A DNA stretch of 64,000 nucleotides, from positions 7,107 through 71,106 of the forward strand of contig JAADCS010000139.1 of the NCBI GenBank assembly GCA_013154295.1, written 5' to 3'. This document shows, one piece after another, positions 61,070 to 64,000 of the stretch; within the stretch, counting starts at the first letter, position 1, and each line of letters opens with the position of its first letter. This DNA comes from Thermotogota bacterium. Its GTDB lineage: Bacteria > Hydrothermota > Hydrothermia > LBFQ01. A program made the translations under genes and the position numbers. Under the pieces are notes generated by a model, which saw nothing but the letters and a program-made list of their open reading frames with translations, was not told the DNA's origin and did not search any database.

Positions 61070-61596
61070 TTATTTCCGCAAGAACCTGATAAATTTTTTA
61101 AACTCCTTATCCTCACACGCGTTGGCCACCCTCCTACTCACACCCTTTGCTATGAGTTCTAACACGCCCCTCCCGTACGGTACCTTTACGGAGCGTGCTA
61201 TACACTCCAGAGCCTCCTTAGGTCTTTCGGGTTTTCCGTTCTCCCTTAGGCTGTACTTCTTGCGGCACTCCTTCACGATTGATTCTTCGACCTTTAAGGC
61301 TCGTGCGAGTCTTTGGGTATCATACCACGCCCATATCTCTATCTCCGGAGATGGTACGATGACAGCTATGTCCTCCTCCTTCCAGTTGGTGTTTTCCCAC
61401 TCCTCATCCAACATCACCATGACCTTTTTGGCTCTGCCTTGGTAGTACTCCCGTAAGAGCTCGTAGGGTTGTTGAAAACCCCCGGATCGCTCTCCTCGTG
61501 GATGATCACTTCATATCTGACTTGGCCGATTCTAAGGCTCCTCGTTAAGTAGAAGTCCGCCACCAGTATAACGACGTCGTATTTTTGTTCGTTCAT
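61070..61596 (-). pseudogene. Frameshifted MADS mad4-like (TOPRIM/DUF4276-like) gene
   Basis: Frame 1 DVVILVAD...HEESDPGVF shifts near 61467 to YELLREYY...VMLD...PEIEIWAW...KPERPKEALE...CEDKEFKKF. Confidence 0.65.
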
Positions 61597-62828
61597 AGAA
61601 TACCACTCACCATCAACTTATCCAGGGGTATTTTCTTTCTCCATTTCCGCAACGCGGGATGCTCTGTCCCCCTCACTATGTCGGTAGCTCCCTCCTTGGT
61701 CTTCCTAAAGACGAGTATATCCCCCGGCTGCATCTGGCGTAACAGGAGGAGGGAATGAGTGGCTATGAATATCTGGTTATCTGAAGTGGATTTGAGTACT
61801 TCTAACAAACTACTCACGGCACGGGGATGTATTCTGTTTTCAGGCTCTTCTATCAAGAATATGCGTTTTTGGGGTGGAAGGAAGGGAATAGCACTAAGGG
61901 CGAGAAAGCGGAGGGTCCCGTCGGATAGCACCCAGGAGGGAGCCTTTAGACCGTATCTGTAGCGGAGGACTATATATAGGAAGTTATCTTCCGGCCTGCG
62001 GTGTATCTCAATATCCTCAACGTCCTTCAAGGTGGCGCTCACGTGGGAGACGTACCACAAAAACCTTTGCGGGTAGTTTCCCTTTAGGTTTAAAGGGGCT
62101 ATGGGAAGGTTGGAACCGTCAGGCTGAAAGTTGATGGGAGCACTCGGAGAAGTTGGACGTCTCATTTTTTCAACGTTGAGGTGGATAAAAAGCAGCGAAT
62201 TTTTCAGTATGTTCCTAAACCATAATGAAGTGCGAAACCTTCGCTCATCTTCCAACAGTACGGATAGGACAGGCTTACAGGGGTTTATATCAAGGGTTAT
62301 GTTGAAGGGTTCGAGGCCAAGCTCCGACCTCATATACACCCTTGGGCCGTACTCCAACCTGCGGGCCACCAACCTGTGGCCCGGCGTCGTTCTCACTTTT
62401 CTCTCCGTGGTATCAATGAGGGGTTTATCCGGAAAAAGGATTGGAAGCAGGCTCCTCTCTGGGGGTGGGTCGCTAACGGAGGAGCTCTCCACCAGGTACA
62501 GGTGCTCCCTCACGGGAGCGGGACCGTACTCTTCTTATCTTTGGATTTTATACGGTACTCTTCCGGCAATTCATACTCTATTACGAATTCAAAACCTTCA
62601 TCGACGTTCTTCATCATCCATACGAGATGGGAAAAGTCGGGTGCTCTCTTTTGCACCGCACCCATAACCCCATTTTCGCGAGGTTATCATGTCTTTTACG
62701 AAGAGGAGAACATCAAGGAAGTTACTCTTACCGGAAGCGTTTGGCCCTATCAGAGCGTTGAAAGGGCCCACAGGTACATCCACCCACCGTAGGCTTCGGT
62801 ACCTGTGGGCTTTCAACCTTATTAACAT
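61593..62828 (-). pseudogene. Frameshifted AAA_21/ABC-type ATPase (MADS mad3-like)
   Basis: Three frames: LIGPNASGKSNFLD (Walker A); AVQKRAPDFSHLVW...FEFVIEYELP (about 62680-62520); LSDGTLRFLAL...IEEPEN...ATHS. Confidence 0.75.
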
Positions 62829-62835
62829 TTCTCCC

Positions 62836-64000
62836 TTAGTTTCCTAATACGGCCTGGGCTGCTGATAGCCGGGCTACGGGAACTCTAAAGGGGGATGCAC
62901 TTACGTAATCAACTCCAGCTTTATAGAACTTACGTATGCTCTTGGGATCACCCCCGTGTTCTCCACATACTCCAACCTCTAGATCCGGTTGTTGCCTTTT
63001 GCCTTTCTTAGTGCCTGTAGCGACCAGTTCAGCTACAGCATCATCTACGGTTTTGAAGGGATCCTCAGTCAGGAGCTTTTTCTCTATGTACTCCGGGAGG
63101 AACTTGCCGGCGTCGTCCCTTGAGAAACCCAAGGTCGTTTGAGTTAGATCGTTGGTGCCAAAGGAGAAGAAGTCGGCATACAGAGCTATCTCGTCCCCGC
63201 ATAGGGCAGCTCTGGGTAACTCTATCATGGTACCTACCTCTATATTCCCCTTGAGACTGTACTTTTCGAGCGTCCTTTCCACTATCTCCCGGACGGCTTT
63301 CATCTCGGTGGCGAAACCTACCAGAGGTAGCATTATTTTGGGTTTGGGATCGTAACCTTCTTCTTTGAGCTTTAGATAGGCTTCGGCTACAGCCTCTACC
63401 TGCATGGCATATATGTCGGGATAGGTTATGGCTAAACGTACCCCTCTGTGACCCAGCATAGGGTTAGCTTCTTCAGTGGTTTCCACCAGATGACGTATCT
63501 CTTCCTCATCTATACCCACGTACCGGGCTGTCTCTCTTATTTGATCATCAGTGGTGGGTAGGAACTCGTGTAAGGGTGGATCCAAAAGGCGGATTATGAC
63601 CGGCAAGCCATCCATCTCCTTAAGGAGTCCATAAAAGTCCTCCCGTTGATAGTTTTTTATGCGTTCCTTCGCTCTCTCGTAACGCTCACCTTTTCGGGAG
63701 GCCAGTAGTATCATGGTACGAAAATCCCTTATACGGTCTTCGGAGAAGAACATGTGTTCGGTTCGGGCCAATCCTATACCTTCAGCTCCGAACTCTCTCG
63801 CCTTGCGAGCATCTTTGGGAGTGTCGGCGTTGGCTCGTACTCCCAACTTTCCACGGCGCACTTCATCGGCCCACATGAGCAATTCCGCCACTTCGCCACC
63901 CAACTTCGGTTCCTCTTTAGGAACATCACCTAAGTATATGATGCCTGATCCTCCATCTATGGTTATCACGTCTCCCTCCCCAAGCGTTATGGGAACACCT
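62836..64000 (-). CDS. ppdK: Pyruvate phosphate dikinase, C-terminal part (5' end beyond the window)
   Basis: VRANADTP, GIGLARTEHMFF, IRLLDPPLHEFLP, FSFGTNDLTQ, CGEHGGDP, SPFRVPVARL. Confidence 0.95.
   Translation of the reverse strand, partial: GVPITLGEGDVITIDGGSGIIYLGDVPKEEPKLGGEVAELLMWADEVRRGKLGVRANADTPKDARKAREFGAEGIGLARTEHMFFSEDRIRDFRTMILLASRKGERYERAKERIKNYQREDFYGLLKEMDGLPVIIRLLDPPLHEFLPTTDDQIRETARYVGIDEEEIRHLVETTEEANPMLGHRGVRLAITYPDIYAMQVEAVAEAYLKLKEEGYDPKPKIMLPLVGFATEMKAVREIVERTLEKYSLKGNIEVGTMIELPRAALCGDEIALYADFFSFGTNDLTQTTLGFSRDDAGKFLPEYIEKKLLTEDPFKTVDDAVAELVATGTKKGKRQQPDLEVGVCGEHGGDPKSIRKFYKAGVDYVSASPFRVPVARLSAAQAVLGN

Noticed and set aside
61460..61485. Programmed frameshift in the mad4-like gene
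   Set aside because: No in-frame X-XXY-YYZ slippery site, and the neighbouring ATPase has two more frameshifts, so decay is the simpler explanation.
365..63355. Numerous antisense or nested ORFs in the six-frame track (e.g. 4372-5001, 23640-24230, 45986-46606, 62131-62667)
   Set aside because: They overlap well-supported genes, lack motifs and look like shadow frames.

Overview
Gene-dense bacterial chromosome segment, about 50% GC by eye. The Lys/Glu-rich proteins, double-CxxC protein-disulfide oxidoreductase and two aminopropyltransferases flanking a pyruvoyl arginine decarboxylase suggest a thermophile. LptF/G and MlaD indicate a diderm, and six proteins with T9SS-like C-terminal sorting domains suggest an FCB-group lineage such as WOR-3; this taxonomy is inference only. 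Most genes are housekeeping (tal, recF, slyD, lon, hsp20, rpmI, pyrF, hpf, rluD-type, ctpA, clpB, secDF, dcd, rpmF, plsX, gcvH/gcvPA, speE x2, mrdA, murB-ftsA-ftsZ-ftsX, tig, partial ppdK) in scrambled order. A frameshifted MADS mad3/mad4-like defence remnant lies near the right end. I found no tRNA, rRNA, CRISPR array or transposase. Best unexplained signals: (1) three dispersed copies of an exactly 40-bp 16-8-16 palindrome (consensus TGGTTTCACTgtGAGG-N8-CCTCACAGTGAAACCA), each in a large intergenic gap; (2) a TANAAT box 6-11 nt before the start codon of more than 20 genes, implying leaderless or near-leaderless mRNAs; (3) secreted proteins whose pinned N-termini carry only 6-9 hydrophobic residues and no charged n-region; (4) recF starting at ATC behind a 15-nt anti-16S match; (5) a strong internal SD+ATG inside an N-terminally extended ClpB.
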